Origin: Burkholderiales bacterium | Lineage (GTDB): Bacteria > Pseudomonadota > Gammaproteobacteria > Burkholderiales > SG8-39 | Reading direction: 5' to 3' | NCBI GenBank assembly: GCA_035649875.1 | Contig: DASRIR010000337.1 | Coordinates: forward strand, 16,219-80,218 | Length of the DNA: 64,000 nucleotides | Shown: positions 54,681 to 64,000 of the stretch, piece after piece | How the letters are laid out: each line of letters begins with the position of its first letter | How positions within the stretch are numbered: the stretch's first letter is position 1 | Translations under genes and position numbers: made by a program | Notes under the pieces: model-generated | Told to the model about the DNA's origin: nothing | The model's database searches: none | What the model saw: only the letters and a program-made list of their open reading frames with translations

Positions 54681-56617
54681 TCTTGTGCCAGTAGGGTGGT
54701 CACGTAGTTGAGCGCCTCGCGGGCGCTGTGGGTGTCGTAGCCGTACTCGTCCACCAGGCGCTTCTCGACCACCGAGATCTTCTGCCGCGTCTCGTCGTCG
54801 GGTCGCGCCGAGGAGCTCACCAGGCGCAGCACGTCGCGGCGCTGCTCGAAGAGGTACTGCTCGACCGCGTCGTGCAGCGGCGCGTGGCTGTCCAGGCTGA
54901 ACTTCTCGCCGCGCTTGTAGGCGCCCATCGCCTTGCGCACCACTTCCTGGCGGAAGGAGAGCTTGCCCGACTCGGAGATGCGGATCTTCTCTTCCACGTT
55001 GCGCAGGAAGCGCTCGTCGGGTTTGCGCTCCTCGCTGGTGATCGGGTCCTTGATGAAGCGGTTGTCGAGCGTGGCCTCGACCTCGTCCAGGTACTTGTCG
55101 AGCAGCTGCTGCGCTTCCTGCTCGAAGGACACGAACAGCGCCTTGTGCACGTCTTCCTTCACCCAGCGGTTGTAGAAGTCCTTGCGCACCGTGACCAGGA
55201 AATCGACCCACTTGCGCTTCTTCTTGCCGTCGATGCGCACGTCGGACTCGATCGCGTCCTTGAGCGCGATCAGCACGTCCATGGTGGTCAGGCTCTTCGC
55301 CTGCGACTGGATGATGGCGCCCGAGAGCGCGTTGATCACGAAGCGCGGCGAGACGCCCGCGAGCCCTTCCTCGGGATTGCGCATGCGCATCTTCTCGACT
55401 TCCGACTGCGAGACGCCTTCGACGTCCTCGCCGGCGTACAGCCGCACCTTCTTCTGGTTGTCGGTCTCGCGCTCGTCGCCCTCGGTAAGGCGCGAGAGCA
55501 CCGCGAACACCGCCGCCACGTGCAGCGCGTGCGGATCGAGGTGCACCTCGCGGAACGCCTGCGTCGAGGAGACGAGCTTGCGATAGATGCGCGCCTCCTC
55601 CCGGAAGGACAGCGTATAGGGCACCTGCACGATCACCATGCGGTCGAGCAGCGCCTCGTTCTCGGGCTCCTGCAGGAACTTGCGGAACTCGGCGAGGTTG
55701 GTGTGCGCGAGGATCGTTTCATCCAGATGGATGAGCGGGAAGCGCGAAACCTTGACGTTCTTCTCCTGCGTCAGCGTAAGCAGGAGGTACAGGAACTCGC
55801 GCTTCACCTTGAGGATCTCGATCATCTCGAGCAGGCCGCGGCTCGCGGCGAACACCGCGCCGGACCAGGACCAGGCACGCGGGTCGCCCTCGTCGCCGAA
55901 CTCGGAGACTTTGGAGAGATCGACCGAGCCGACCAGGTCGGCGATGTCGGCGGTCGTCGGGTCGTGCGGCGCGTAGGTGCCCACGCCGGCGCGCCCGGCC
56001 TCGGAGATGAAGATGCGCTGCACCGGCACCTGCATGAAGTCGCCGCCGAACTCGCTCTGCACGCGCATGGTGCAGTGGGGGCAGAGCTCGCCGCTGATGT
56101 CGATGCCGTAGGTGGCGCGGAACTGGCCGCGCATGGTGTGCGGAATGAGGTGCAGCGGCGACTCGTGCACCGGGCAGCCGTGGATGCCGTAGAGCGCGCC
56201 GGCCTCGGTGTGGCTGTAGGCTTCCAGCCCGCGCTTGAGCAGGATCACCATGCTCGACTTGCCGCCCGACGGCGGCCCGAGCAGCAGCAGCAGCCGCCGG
56301 CCGACCTCGCTGCCGGCGCTCGCGGCCTTGAAATAGTCCGTCACGCGCTCGAGGGTATCGTTGATGCCGAAGAGCTCTTCCTCGAACAGGCCCTCCTTGG
56401 TGCGCAGCATGTCCCAGATGTACTGGTGGCTCGAGCGGGCGATGCCGCGCGCATCGGCCGGCACCACGCTCTCGAGGAACTGGGCGAAGGTCCCGGCCCA
56501 GTGCGCCGCGCGGTGCTGCTTGCTGAACTCGCTGAGCGAGCGGATGAGGCTGTTACGCTTCTCGTCGTGCTCGTTGATGGCTCGTGCCGGCATGTTCATG
56601 GTTCGCGTAACCTCCAT
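54677..56617 (-). CDS. prkA: PrkA-family serine protein kinase (YeaG-like)
   Basis: LLLLGPPSGGKSS P-loop and a conserved PrkA C-terminal domain. Confidence 0.9.
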   Translation of the reverse strand: MEVTRTMNMPARAINEHDEKRNSLIRSLSEFSKQHRAAHWAGTFAQFLESVVPADARGIARSSHQYIWDMLRTKEGLFEEELFGINDTLERVTDYFKAASAGSEVGRRLLLLLGPPSGGKSSMVILLKRGLEAYSHTEAGALYGIHGCPVHESPLHLIPHTMRGQFRATYGIDISGELCPHCTMRVQSEFGGDFMQVPVQRIFISEAGRAGVGTYAPHDPTTADIADLVGSVDLSKVSEFGDEGDPRAWSWSGAVFAASRGLLEMIEILKVKREFLYLLLTLTQEKNVKVSRFPLIHLDETILAHTNLAEFRKFLQEPENEALLDRMVIVQVPYTLSFREEARIYRKLVSSTQAFREVHLDPHALHVAAVFAVLSRLTEGDERETDNQKKVRLYAGEDVEGVSQSEVEKMRMRNPEEGLAGVSPRFVINALSGAIIQSQAKSLTTMDVLIALKDAIESDVRIDGKKKRKWVDFLVTVRKDFYNRWVKEDVHKALFVSFEQEAQQLLDKYLDEVEATLDNRFIKDPITSEERKPDERFLRNVEEKIRISESGKLSFRQEVVRKAMGAYKRGEKFSLDSHAPLHDAVEQYLFEQRRDVLRLVSSSARPDDETRQKISVVEKRLVDEYGYDTHSAREALNYVTTLLAQE

Positions 56618-56845
56618 TAAGCTCTGATGCTATTAATCACGAACTAGTGCCCGTCCACTATCACTGCAAAGCAAATAACGAACCGTCCAACGGGTCTACA
56701 AAAACTTAGTTGACGTAATAAAATGAAAAAGCGACGGGAGGTTTCCCGACAGGAAATGGGGATTCATGCGGCGCAAGAACAGCACCGCCTACTGCGCGTC
56801 ATGATTCGATGACAGAACCGAAGAACGTTTCATCGGTCATAATCG

Positions 56846-57205
56846 TTGACGCGCATGCTTAAAGAAATTCTCGGCGTCGCCGACGACCCGCCAGCCAAGC
56901 GCCGCTGGTTCCACGACGAGTATTTCGACCTTTTCGTGTGGCAGGCGGGCGGCGAGGTCACGCTGTTCCAGCTTTGCTATGGCGGCGACAAGAGCGAGCG
57001 CGCACTGGTCTGGGACAAGGCGCGCGGCTTTTTCCACGACGGTCCCGCATCGCGGGACGTGGTTGCGCTATTCGAGGACGCCGCCGCCGACCTGCCGGCC
57101 GATCTGCGCGCCGAGATCCGCGAGAAGGTGCACGAGTTCGCCGGGCGGCAGCTGTCGGTGATTTCGCGCCGCAAGAAGTTCCGCCGGGCTTCGTGGCAGC
57201 GCTAG
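56846..57205 (+). CDS. Hypothetical protein
   Basis: ORF with plausible coding composition and no recognisable motif. The start may be the ATG at 56855. Confidence 0.4.
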   Translation: MTRMLKEILGVADDPPAKRRWFHDEYFDLFVWQAGGEVTLFQLCYGGDKSERALVWDKARGFFHDGPASRDVVALFEDAAADLPADLRAEIREKVHEFAGRQLSVISRRKKFRRASWQR

Positions 57206-57243
57206 CTTCGCTCTTGTAGTTTTTCGGTTACGGGGAGGGGACG

Positions 57244-57630
57244 ATGAAACCGGAGCTCGTGTGGTTATTGTGGGCCGTGGCGTTGACGTTCTTTCAAATG
57301 CTGGTGGCGGTGAGCGGCGCGACGCTCCAGGTGGGCCTGCCGAAGCTAGCCGCCAACCGCGAAGGGCTGGGGCCGTGCACCGGCTGGGCGGGCCGGGCGC
57401 AGCGCGCGCACCACAACATGCTCGAGAGCCTGGTGCTGTTTGCAGCCCTGGTTCTGATCGCGGTCGTCGCCGGCAAGACCAATTCCGACACGCTCCTCGG
57501 CGCCCAGCTCTTCTTCTGGGCGCGCCTCGCCTACGCCTTCGTCTACTGGGCGGGCATCCCGTGGCTGCGCACCCTGGTCTGGCTGGTCTCGGTGATCGGC
57601 CTGCTGCTCATTTTCTTGCAGCTCCTTTAG
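57244..57630 (+). CDS. MAPEG-family membrane protein
   Basis: Four TM helices and the R.HHN.LE motif. Confidence 0.7.
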   Translation: MKPELVWLLWAVALTFFQMLVAVSGATLQVGLPKLAANREGLGPCTGWAGRAQRAHHNMLESLVLFAALVLIAVVAGKTNSDTLLGAQLFFWARLAYAFVYWAGIPWLRTLVWLVSVIGLLLIFLQLL

Positions 57631-58702
57631 GCGCGCCGATCGCCACGGGGCGGATCGCCGAGCCCGCGGCGCCCTTGTCGCGCAGCGGCAGGATCAGCGC
57701 GCAGGAGGTCCACACGCGGTCGGCGGCGAGCTCGTCGAGCTTCGCGTTCTCGATGAGGTGGATCCCGGCCTGCGAGAGCATGTGGTGGTGCACCGCGAAC
57801 GGCAGCCCGGGCGGCGTGCCCGGCGCCGGCCCCGCCTTGCCGGCGAGCATGCCGTCGGCCACGGTGTCGACGAACGGCGTGTCGAGCGCGATCGCCACAA
57901 TGCGCCGCTCGGCGAGCCACTGCGCCGCGTCGAAGGACAGCCCGGGCGCCTTGGTGTAATAGAACTTCTCGGTATCCGGGTCGCGCCAGTGGTCGCCCCA
58001 GCCGGTGCGCACCAGCGCCACGTCGCCCGGCAGCACGCCGCGCTGCGCGAGGCCCTGCGCCTTCAGCATGCCCTCGAGGTCCTTCGCCGTGACCAGCTCC
58101 CCGTCCTTCATCGCGCCCTTCTTGTAGGCCTTGGCGTCGAACAGCACCGCGCTGGTGATGATCGGCGGCGCTTTGTCGATGCCGAGCCTGACGAGCGGCG
58201 AGTCCGGGGTCGGCTTCACGTCCTTCTGCGTGAAACCGCCGTAGTAGACGGCGGTGTCGGCGGGGAAATCGCTCTTGCCGTCCCAGGGCTGCTTGAAGGC
58301 GCCGAAATGCCCGAGCGCGTCGATCTGGGTTCCCTGCTGCGCCGGCTGCGCGCCCTGGTTGAAGGTCTCCACGTTGAAGAGGTGCGCCGTGCCGGCGATG
58401 CCCGCGCTCGGCTCGGGCTTTAGGTTGTACGCGCCGGCGAACGGCGAGAGCGGCATGGTGTTCGAGCGCAGGTACGAGAGCTCGTAGGGCTTCGCGCCCG
58501 GCTGCTGCATGTGCCAGGCACAGCGCATCTGCGTCGCCGGGCCGATCTGGTTCGCCATGCCGCGCTCGTCGCCCGCGGGCCAGGGCGGCGAGGGCACCTT
58601 CAGCCGGCGCAGGTTGTCGGGCTCCTGGGCTTGCACGGAGAAAGCCACCAGGAGCAAAAAAAATGGGGTCAGACCCCATTTTCCTTTCACGATGCGTCTC
58701 AT
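57608..58702 (-). CDS. Secreted cyclase-family (kynurenine-formamidase-like) protein
   Basis: GTQIDALGHF metal-binding-like motif and a signal peptide ending VQA-QE. ATGA overlap with the upstream gene. Confidence 0.7.
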   Translation of the reverse strand: MRRIVKGKWGLTPFFLLLVAFSVQAQEPDNLRRLKVPSPPWPAGDERGMANQIGPATQMRCAWHMQQPGAKPYELSYLRSNTMPLSPFAGAYNLKPEPSAGIAGTAHLFNVETFNQGAQPAQQGTQIDALGHFGAFKQPWDGKSDFPADTAVYYGGFTQKDVKPTPDSPLVRLGIDKAPPIITSAVLFDAKAYKKGAMKDGELVTAKDLEGMLKAQGLAQRGVLPGDVALVRTGWGDHWRDPDTEKFYYTKAPGLSFDAAQWLAERRIVAIALDTPFVDTVADGMLAGKAGPAPGTPPGLPFAVHHHMLSQAGIHLIENAKLDELAADRVWTSCALILPLRDKGAAGSAIRPVAIGAPKGAARK

Positions 58703-59523
58703 TTACGGGCTCCGGTTTCCGCCAGATGCGCCAGCGCTTCGCGCCCCCTAACCATGTCTTCCAGGCTGCCGAAGGCCTGCATGTAATGCCCGCGGTAGCC
58801 GCTCGCCTCGATCGCGGCGAACATCGCGCCGAAGTCGATCGTGCCTTCTCCGGGCCGCAGGTGCTCCTCGTGCGTGCCGCGGCAGTCGGCGAGGCGAACC
58901 TCGCCGCAGCGGCGCATGTCCAGCCCGGCCATGAACGCGTCGATGCTGTTGGGCCGGATGTGGGCATGGTTCACGGTGAAGCTCCAGCCGAGCGCCGGCG
59001 AATCGAGGCGCTCGAAGTAATACTGGCATTCCTGCAGGTCGCTGGCTAGGTAATGCATCTCGGCCTGCTCCGGCTCGGGGTTCAGGTTCTCCAGCAGCAG
59101 CTTGAGCTTCTTCTTCTCCGCCGCCTTCGCCGCGCGCGCGATGCGCGCCACCGCGGCCTCCATGCGCACGCGCTTGTCGGCTCCGAAGTGGTAGCCGCCG
59201 TGCACCACGATCCAGCCTGCGCCGAGCTTCTTGGCGGCGTCCATGTAGGCCGCGAAGTAGGCGTCGGTAGCGCTGGTGACGAAAGGCGAGGTCTCGGCGA
59301 CGTTCACCGCCGAGAGGGTATGGAGGCCGATCCGGATGTCGTGGGCTTCGAGGTGCCGGCGCGCATTCGCGAGGCGCGGCGAGCCCGTCTCCAGCAGTTC
59401 CGGGGTCTGGTCGAGGCAGAGGTCGATGTACCGCACCTTGTGCGCGATCGCCCATGCGACGGCGCGCTCGAGCGGCAGCTTCTGGTTGATGTCTACGCCG
59501 ATGCGATCAAACAGTCTTGACAC
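58699..59523 (-). CDS. Sugar-phosphate isomerase/epimerase (xylose-isomerase-like TIM barrel)
   Basis: WIVVHGG and LLENL motifs. GTG start chosen at 59523, a 17-nt overlap with the tctA end. Confidence 0.7.
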   Translation of the reverse strand: MSRLFDRIGVDINQKLPLERAVAWAIAHKVRYIDLCLDQTPELLETGSPRLANARRHLEAHDIRIGLHTLSAVNVAETSPFVTSATDAYFAAYMDAAKKLGAGWIVVHGGYHFGADKRVRMEAAVARIARAAKAAEKKKLKLLLENLNPEPEQAEMHYLASDLQECQYYFERLDSPALGWSFTVNHAHIRPNSIDAFMAGLDMRRCGEVRLADCRGTHEEHLRPGEGTIDFGAMFAAIEASGYRGHYMQAFGSLEDMVRGREALAHLAETGARK

Positions 59524-60985
59524 GGAAGAACCTCGACCAGAGGGGAACGGTGACGGCGACGAGCGCGCAGGCGAGCAGCACCGCGGCGATCGGGCGCGTG
59601 ACGAAGATCGCCGGGCTGCCGTGCGATAACGTGAACGACTGGCGCAGCGCATTCTCGAAGATCGGCCCGAGCACCAGGCCGAGGATCATCGGCGCCATGC
59701 TCCAGTCGTAGCGCTTCATCAGCCAGCCGAGCACGCCCAGCCCGAGCATCAGCCAGGCATCCTCGATGTTGTTGGCGCGCGAGATCACGCCGGTCACGCA
59801 GATGGCGAGGATCGGCGGGTAGATCCAGCTGTAGCGGATGCGCAGCAGGCGCGCGAACAGGCCGGCGAGCGGCAGGTTCATGGCGAGCAGGATCAGGTTG
59901 CCGATGAACATGCTGGCGATCACGGCCCAGACCAGCTTGGCGTTGGTGGTGAACATGTCCGGCCCCGGCCGCATGCCGAACATGATGAGCGCGGCGAGCA
60001 TCACCGCGGTCGTGTTCGACCCCGGCACGCCGAGCGCGAACATCGGCACCATCGCGCCGGCCGAGGCGGCGTTGTTCGCCGATTCCGGCCCGGCCACGCC
60101 CTCGATCGCGCCCTTGCCCAGGCGCGCGGGGTCCTTGGCCAGCTTCTTCTCCGCGATGTAGGCGATGAAGGAGGCGATGGTCGCGCCGGCCGCGGGCAGC
60201 ACGCCGATCACGAAGCCGATGCCGCTGCCGCGCAGGATCGCCATGCGCGCCTGGCGCCACTCCTCGCGGTTCGGCAGCACGCGCCCCACGTTCAGGATCG
60301 GGTTCGCCGCGGCCATGCGGCAGCTCGCCAGCACCTCGCCGACGCCGAACAGCGCCACCGCCAGGATGATGAAGTCGACGCCGTCGAGCAGCCACGACTG
60401 GCCGAAGTCGAAGCGCGGCACCCCGACCTGCGGGTCGATGCCGATCGTGCCGAGCAGCAGCCCCGCGACGCCGGTGGCGAGCCCCTTCAGCACCGAGCCG
60501 CCGACGGCGGCCAGCGCGGTGAGCCCGAGCAGCACGAGCGCGCAGTACTCCGGCGGGCCGAAGGCGAGCGCGATCTTGGAGAGCGGCGGCGCGAGCAGCA
60601 TGAGCCCGAGCGTGCCGAGCGTGCCGGCGACGAACGAGCCGATCGCCGCGATGCCGAGCGCCACGCCGCCGCGACCCTGCAGCGCCATCTGGTAGCCGTC
60701 GAGCGCGGTCATCACCGAGCTTGATTCGCCCGGCACGTTGATCAGCACCGAGGTAAGCGTGCCGCCGTACTGCGCGCCGTAGTAGATGCCGGCGAACATG
60801 ATGATCGCCCCGGTCGGGCTCGCGCCGTACGTGAGCGGCAGCAGGAGGGCGATCGCGGCGGAGGGGCCGATGCCGGGAAGCACGCCGATCAGCTGCCCGA
60901 GCGCCACGCCGAGCAGGCACATCAGGAGGTTGGCCGGCGTCGCGGCGGCGGCGAATCCCTGCGCCAGCTGGGCGAGGAGCTCCAC
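59507..60985 (-). CDS. tctA: Tripartite tricarboxylate transporter large permease TctA
   Basis: 492-aa polytopic protein in the tctC-tctB-tctA gene order. Confidence 0.9.
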   Translation of the reverse strand: MELLAQLAQGFAAAATPANLLMCLLGVALGQLIGVLPGIGPSAAIALLLPLTYGASPTGAIIMFAGIYYGAQYGGTLTSVLINVPGESSSVMTALDGYQMALQGRGGVALGIAAIGSFVAGTLGTLGLMLLAPPLSKIALAFGPPEYCALVLLGLTALAAVGGSVLKGLATGVAGLLLGTIGIDPQVGVPRFDFGQSWLLDGVDFIILAVALFGVGEVLASCRMAAANPILNVGRVLPNREEWRQARMAILRGSGIGFVIGVLPAAGATIASFIAYIAEKKLAKDPARLGKGAIEGVAGPESANNAASAGAMVPMFALGVPGSNTTAVMLAALIMFGMRPGPDMFTTNAKLVWAVIASMFIGNLILLAMNLPLAGLFARLLRIRYSWIYPPILAICVTGVISRANNIEDAWLMLGLGVLGWLMKRYDWSMAPMILGLVLGPIFENALRQSFTLSHGSPAIFVTRPIAAVLLACALVAVTVPLWSRFFRVKTV

Positions 60986-61432
60986 CTAGATACCCAGCGG
61001 TCCGACCGGCAGCGGCACGCCGAGCCAGGTCCTGAAGACGAGATAGAGCACCGCGCTCGCCGCGGCCGCGACCAGCATCGAGCGCAGAAGCGGCAGCCGC
61101 TCCACCGCCACGAACAACACCAGCATCAGCAGGAAGATGGAGAGCGCGAAGCCGACGAGCGGCACGCCGACGATCGCGGCGGCCAGCGCAGCGAGCACGA
61201 TGAGCGGCTTGCCGATCGGCTCCTCCGGTTTTGCTGCATGATGAACCACGATATTGGTGGCGCCGATCATGCCCGCCAACGCGACGAGCAAGATGCCGTA
61301 CCAGAGCGGCATGAAGCCGGAGGCGGGCGCGAATCCGTCCCACAGCGGCATGGTCGCGGCGCGGGCGATCCAAAGCCCGCCGAGCGCGACAAAAAGAAGG
61401 GCGAGCGCGAGCTCGCCCCGGACGATCCTCAC
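60986..61432 (-). CDS. tctB: Tripartite tricarboxylate transporter small permease TctB
   Basis: 148 aa with four TM helices, located between tctC and tctA. Confidence 0.8.
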   Translation of the reverse strand: MRIVRGELALALLFVALGGLWIARAATMPLWDGFAPASGFMPLWYGILLVALAGMIGATNIVVHHAAKPEEPIGKPLIVLAALAAAIVGVPLVGFALSIFLLMLVLFVAVERLPLLRSMLVAAAASAVLYLVFRTWLGVPLPVGPLGI

Positions 61433-62370
61433 TTACCCAGCAGCTCGCGGTACAGCTTCTCCTGGTTGGCCAGGAACGCGTCGAAGTCCTTGCCCGTGAT
61501 CGGCGCGGCCTGCGCCACGTTCTCGCGGAAGTAGGCGGCGAGCGCGGGGGAGGCGGCGACCTTCTTCATCACGCCCTCCCAGTACTGCGCGGCCGCGTCG
61601 GGCGCGTCCTTCGGGATCGCGACGCCGCGCCACATCTGGAAGTTGGGCGTGTTGATGCCTTCCTCCTTGAACGTGCGTACCTCGGGCAGCGCGGCGAAGC
61701 GGCTGTCGCGCACCACGCCGAGCGCGCGCACCTTCTGGCCCTGGAGCTGCCCCATGAACTCGAGCGGGTTGCCCATCGAGGCCTGCACGTGCCCGCCGAG
61801 CAGCGCGGTGAGCGCCTCGCCGCCGCTGTTGAAGCTGACGATGTTGTACTGCACGCCGGTCGCCTTGGAGAGCACGGTCACCGCCATCACGTCGGTGGTG
61901 CCGCCCGCCGAAAACGCCATGCTCTTCGCCGGCTTCGATTTCGCGTCCTTCACGAACTCGGTGAGCGTGCGCCACGGCGCGTCGGCGCGCACGAAGAACA
62001 CGAAGTCGTCGAGCATCAGGTTCATCACCGGCTTCACCTCGGTGAGCGTGCGCGCGCTCGGGTTCATGATCGGCGTGATCTGCGTGGTGCCGTTGATCAG
62101 GATCAGCGTGTGCGGGTCGCCCTTGCGGCTCGCCGACACGTAGCCGATGCCCGCCGCGCCGCCGCCGCCGGGCTTGTTCACCAGCGCGACCGGCACCGGC
62201 ACCAGCTTCTCGTCGACGATGATCTTGTGGATCACGCGCGCCATCAGGTCGGCGCCGCCGCCGACCGCGAACGGGATCACGAACTCGACGTCCTTGGTGG
62301 GCTTCCATCCTTGCGCCAGCGCGACGCCGGGCAGCGCGGCCAGCAACAGCAGTCTTGCAAGAAAGCGCAT
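61429..62370 (-). CDS. tctC: Tripartite tricarboxylate transporter substrate-binding protein TctC (Bug family)
   Basis: Signal peptide plus FVIPFAVGGGADL. Confidence 0.9.
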   Translation of the reverse strand: MRFLARLLLLAALPGVALAQGWKPTKDVEFVIPFAVGGGADLMARVIHKIIVDEKLVPVPVALVNKPGGGGAAGIGYVSASRKGDPHTLILINGTTQITPIMNPSARTLTEVKPVMNLMLDDFVFFVRADAPWRTLTEFVKDAKSKPAKSMAFSAGGTTDVMAVTVLSKATGVQYNIVSFNSGGEALTALLGGHVQASMGNPLEFMGQLQGQKVRALGVVRDSRFAALPEVRTFKEEGINTPNFQMWRGVAIPKDAPDAAAQYWEGVMKKVAASPALAAYFRENVAQAAPITGKDFDAFLANQEKLYRELLGK

Positions 62371-62423
62371 CGATTTCCTCCTCGGGGAAAGACGTTGTTG
62401 TGGTGCGCACTATACTCGCGCCC

Positions 62424-63311
62424 ATGGGCATGCTGGTAGAGGGCGTCTGGCGCGACGTTCCGCGCGACACGAAATCCACCGGCGGGGCCTTCGTGCGGCC
62501 GGAAAGCGCGTTCCGCGACCGGGTGCGCGAGCCCGAGCCCGGCCGCTACCGGCTCTACGTCGCGAAAAGCTGTCCCTGGGCGCACCGCACGCTCGTGGTG
62601 CGCGCGCTGAAAGGCCTGGACCGGGCGATCGCGGTTTCCTATGCCGAGCCCGAAATGGGCGAGAACGGCTGGGTGTTTCCCGAAGGCTTTCTGCACCAGG
62701 TCTACGTGAAGGCGAGCCCGCGCTACACCGGCCGCGTGACCGTGCCGGTGCTGTGGGACGAAAAGGAGCGCCGCATCGTCAACAACGAGTCGGCCGAGAT
62801 CATCCGCATGCTGAACCGGGAGTTCGACGGCCTCGCGCGGCGCCGGCTCGCCGACCTGTACCCAGAAAAACGAAGAAGGGAAATCGATTGGCTCAACGAT
62901 CGCATCTACCGCACGGTGAACAACGGCGTGTACCGCGCGGGCTTCGCCACCGCCCAGGACAAGTACGAGGAGGCGGTGACGGAACTCTTCCGCACCCTCG
63001 ACTGGCTGGAAAAGCGCATGCGCAGGCGCAAGTGGCTCTGCGGGAGCGTCTTCACCGAGGCGGACGTGCGGCTCTTTACCACGCTCGTGCGCTTCGACGC
63101 GGTGTACTACTCTCACTTCAAATGCAACCTGCGGCGGCTCGTCGACTACCCGAACCTCTGGCGCTGGACGCGCCGCGCGTACGCGCTGCCCGGCGTGGCG
63201 AAGACCGTCGACATGGCGCAGATCAAAGCGCATTACTACCGCAGCATGAAGCAGATCAATCCTACGCAAATCGTGCCAAAAGGGCCGCTGCTGGATTTTG
63301 GTTCGTCATAA
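62424..63311 (+). CDS. Glutathionyl-hydroquinone reductase (YqjG/ECM4-type GST)
   Basis: YRLYVAKSCPWAHRT Cys-Pro-Trp-Ala motif. Start at MGMLVEG. Confidence 0.85.
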   Translation: MGMLVEGVWRDVPRDTKSTGGAFVRPESAFRDRVREPEPGRYRLYVAKSCPWAHRTLVVRALKGLDRAIAVSYAEPEMGENGWVFPEGFLHQVYVKASPRYTGRVTVPVLWDEKERRIVNNESAEIIRMLNREFDGLARRRLADLYPEKRRREIDWLNDRIYRTVNNGVYRAGFATAQDKYEEAVTELFRTLDWLEKRMRRRKWLCGSVFTEADVRLFTTLVRFDAVYYSHFKCNLRRLVDYPNLWRWTRRAYALPGVAKTVDMAQIKAHYYRSMKQINPTQIVPKGPLLDFGSS

Positions 63312-64000
63312 GCCTGGTCCTGCCGCTCGCTGCGGGAGCCACAACCGATCCGGTTGACGGCGTGCTCGCGCCGGGCGAGGCCGGGGTCGGCTTCACCTGG
63401 CGCTTCGAGCCCTCGCCGTACCGGGGCTCGGACGTCCATTCCGACCTGCTGCCGCAGTTCCGCTATGAGAGCCGCTATTTCTTCCTGCACTCGGACCGCA
63501 TCGGGTTGAAGCTCGAGCGCGAGCACTCGCGCTACGAGCTGTTCCTGCGCCGGCGGCTGGAGGGCTTCGCCTCCGATCACGTGCCCGAAAGCATGCTCGG
63601 CATGGAGAAGCGCGCCGCTGGCGACGACCTCGGCGTCGCGTTCCGCTTCCGGCTCGGCGCGGGCGCGGTTTACGGCGAAGCGATGCAGAACGTGAGCGAG
63701 GAGTCCGACGGCACCGAGCTGCGCCTCGGCTACCGCTACGAGCGCTGGTGGACCGGCCCGTTACGGTGGCGCCCCTATGTGACGCTCTCCTGGCGCGACG
63801 CCAAGCTGAACGACTACTACTACGGTGTGCGTCCGGAAGAGGCGACCGCCGACCGGCCCGCGTACTCGCCCGGTTCAGGATTCAATCTCGAGCTCGGCGC
63901 GCTCGCCGCGTACCGCCTGACCGAGCGCTGGCAGGTGCTCGCCGGCGCGGGCGTGACGCGCTGGTCGAGCGGCGTGAGCGACAGCCCGGTGGTCGACAAC
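63299..64000 (+). CDS. MipA/OmpV-family outer-membrane protein, partial (runs off window); start unresolved
   Basis: Frame-2 translation ...GFWFVISLVLPLAAGA...GVGFTWRFEPSPYRGSD...LLPQFRYESRYFF...DYYYGV is MipA-like. Not in the ORF track (no stop in window), and no canonical start in frame. Confidence 0.65.

Noticed and set aside
54728-56620. 630-aa plus-strand ORF opposite prkA
   Set aside because: It is an antisense shadow. prkA on the minus strand is unambiguous.
56618-56845. AT-richer divergent intergenic region upstream of prkA, scanned for a sigma-54 (TGGCAC-N5-TTGC) promoter
   Set aside because: The TGG..TTGC-like strings present have the wrong spacing. No promoter could be supported by eye.

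Overview
Visibly GC-rich bacterial chromosomal segment with about 85 supportable protein genes. Periplasmic solute-binding and transport functions dominate. There are five Bug/TctC-type binding proteins, one complete tctCBA set plus a truncated tctA at the left edge, a Liv-type and a NitT/TauT-type ABC system, and two orphan COG2984-type binding proteins. These are interleaved with catabolic enzymes: amidase, amidohydrolase, aldehyde dehydrogenase, GcvT-like, TcuA-like flavoprotein, CoA-transferase, SDR and quinone oxidoreductase. A prkA-yeaH-spoVR stress operon and a KefB/C-type K+ efflux gene are also present. I found no rRNA, CRISPR array, transposase, integrase or obvious prophage genes. 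Many long ORFs in the six-frame track are antisense shadows typical of high-GC DNA. Five things deserve a second look. (1) Five paralogous small proteins (82-109 aa) share the C-terminal ending L-x-G-[RK]-T-[FV]-x-R-x-[LF]-H-stop, lie within 13 kb, and four sit head-to-head with transporter or binding-protein genes. (2) A 1.05-kb minus-strand cluster of ten tRNA genes includes several non-canonical members: a perfect cloverleaf with only a 3-bp acceptor stem, a Leu(CAG)-type tRNA without the long variable arm, and C54 T-loops. A 15-nt inverted repeat brackets seven of them. (3) Two paralogous small proteins carry an AT-hook-like RPGRPKKG motif, one of them embedded in a translationally coupled kefB-to-flavoprotein gene chain. 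(4) Three genes have conserved N-termini that lie upstream of any ATG/GTG/TTG and are best explained by CTG initiation. (5) A 71-bp near-perfect palindrome sits between convergent genes. All functional calls come from motif recognition by eye, since no database search could be run.
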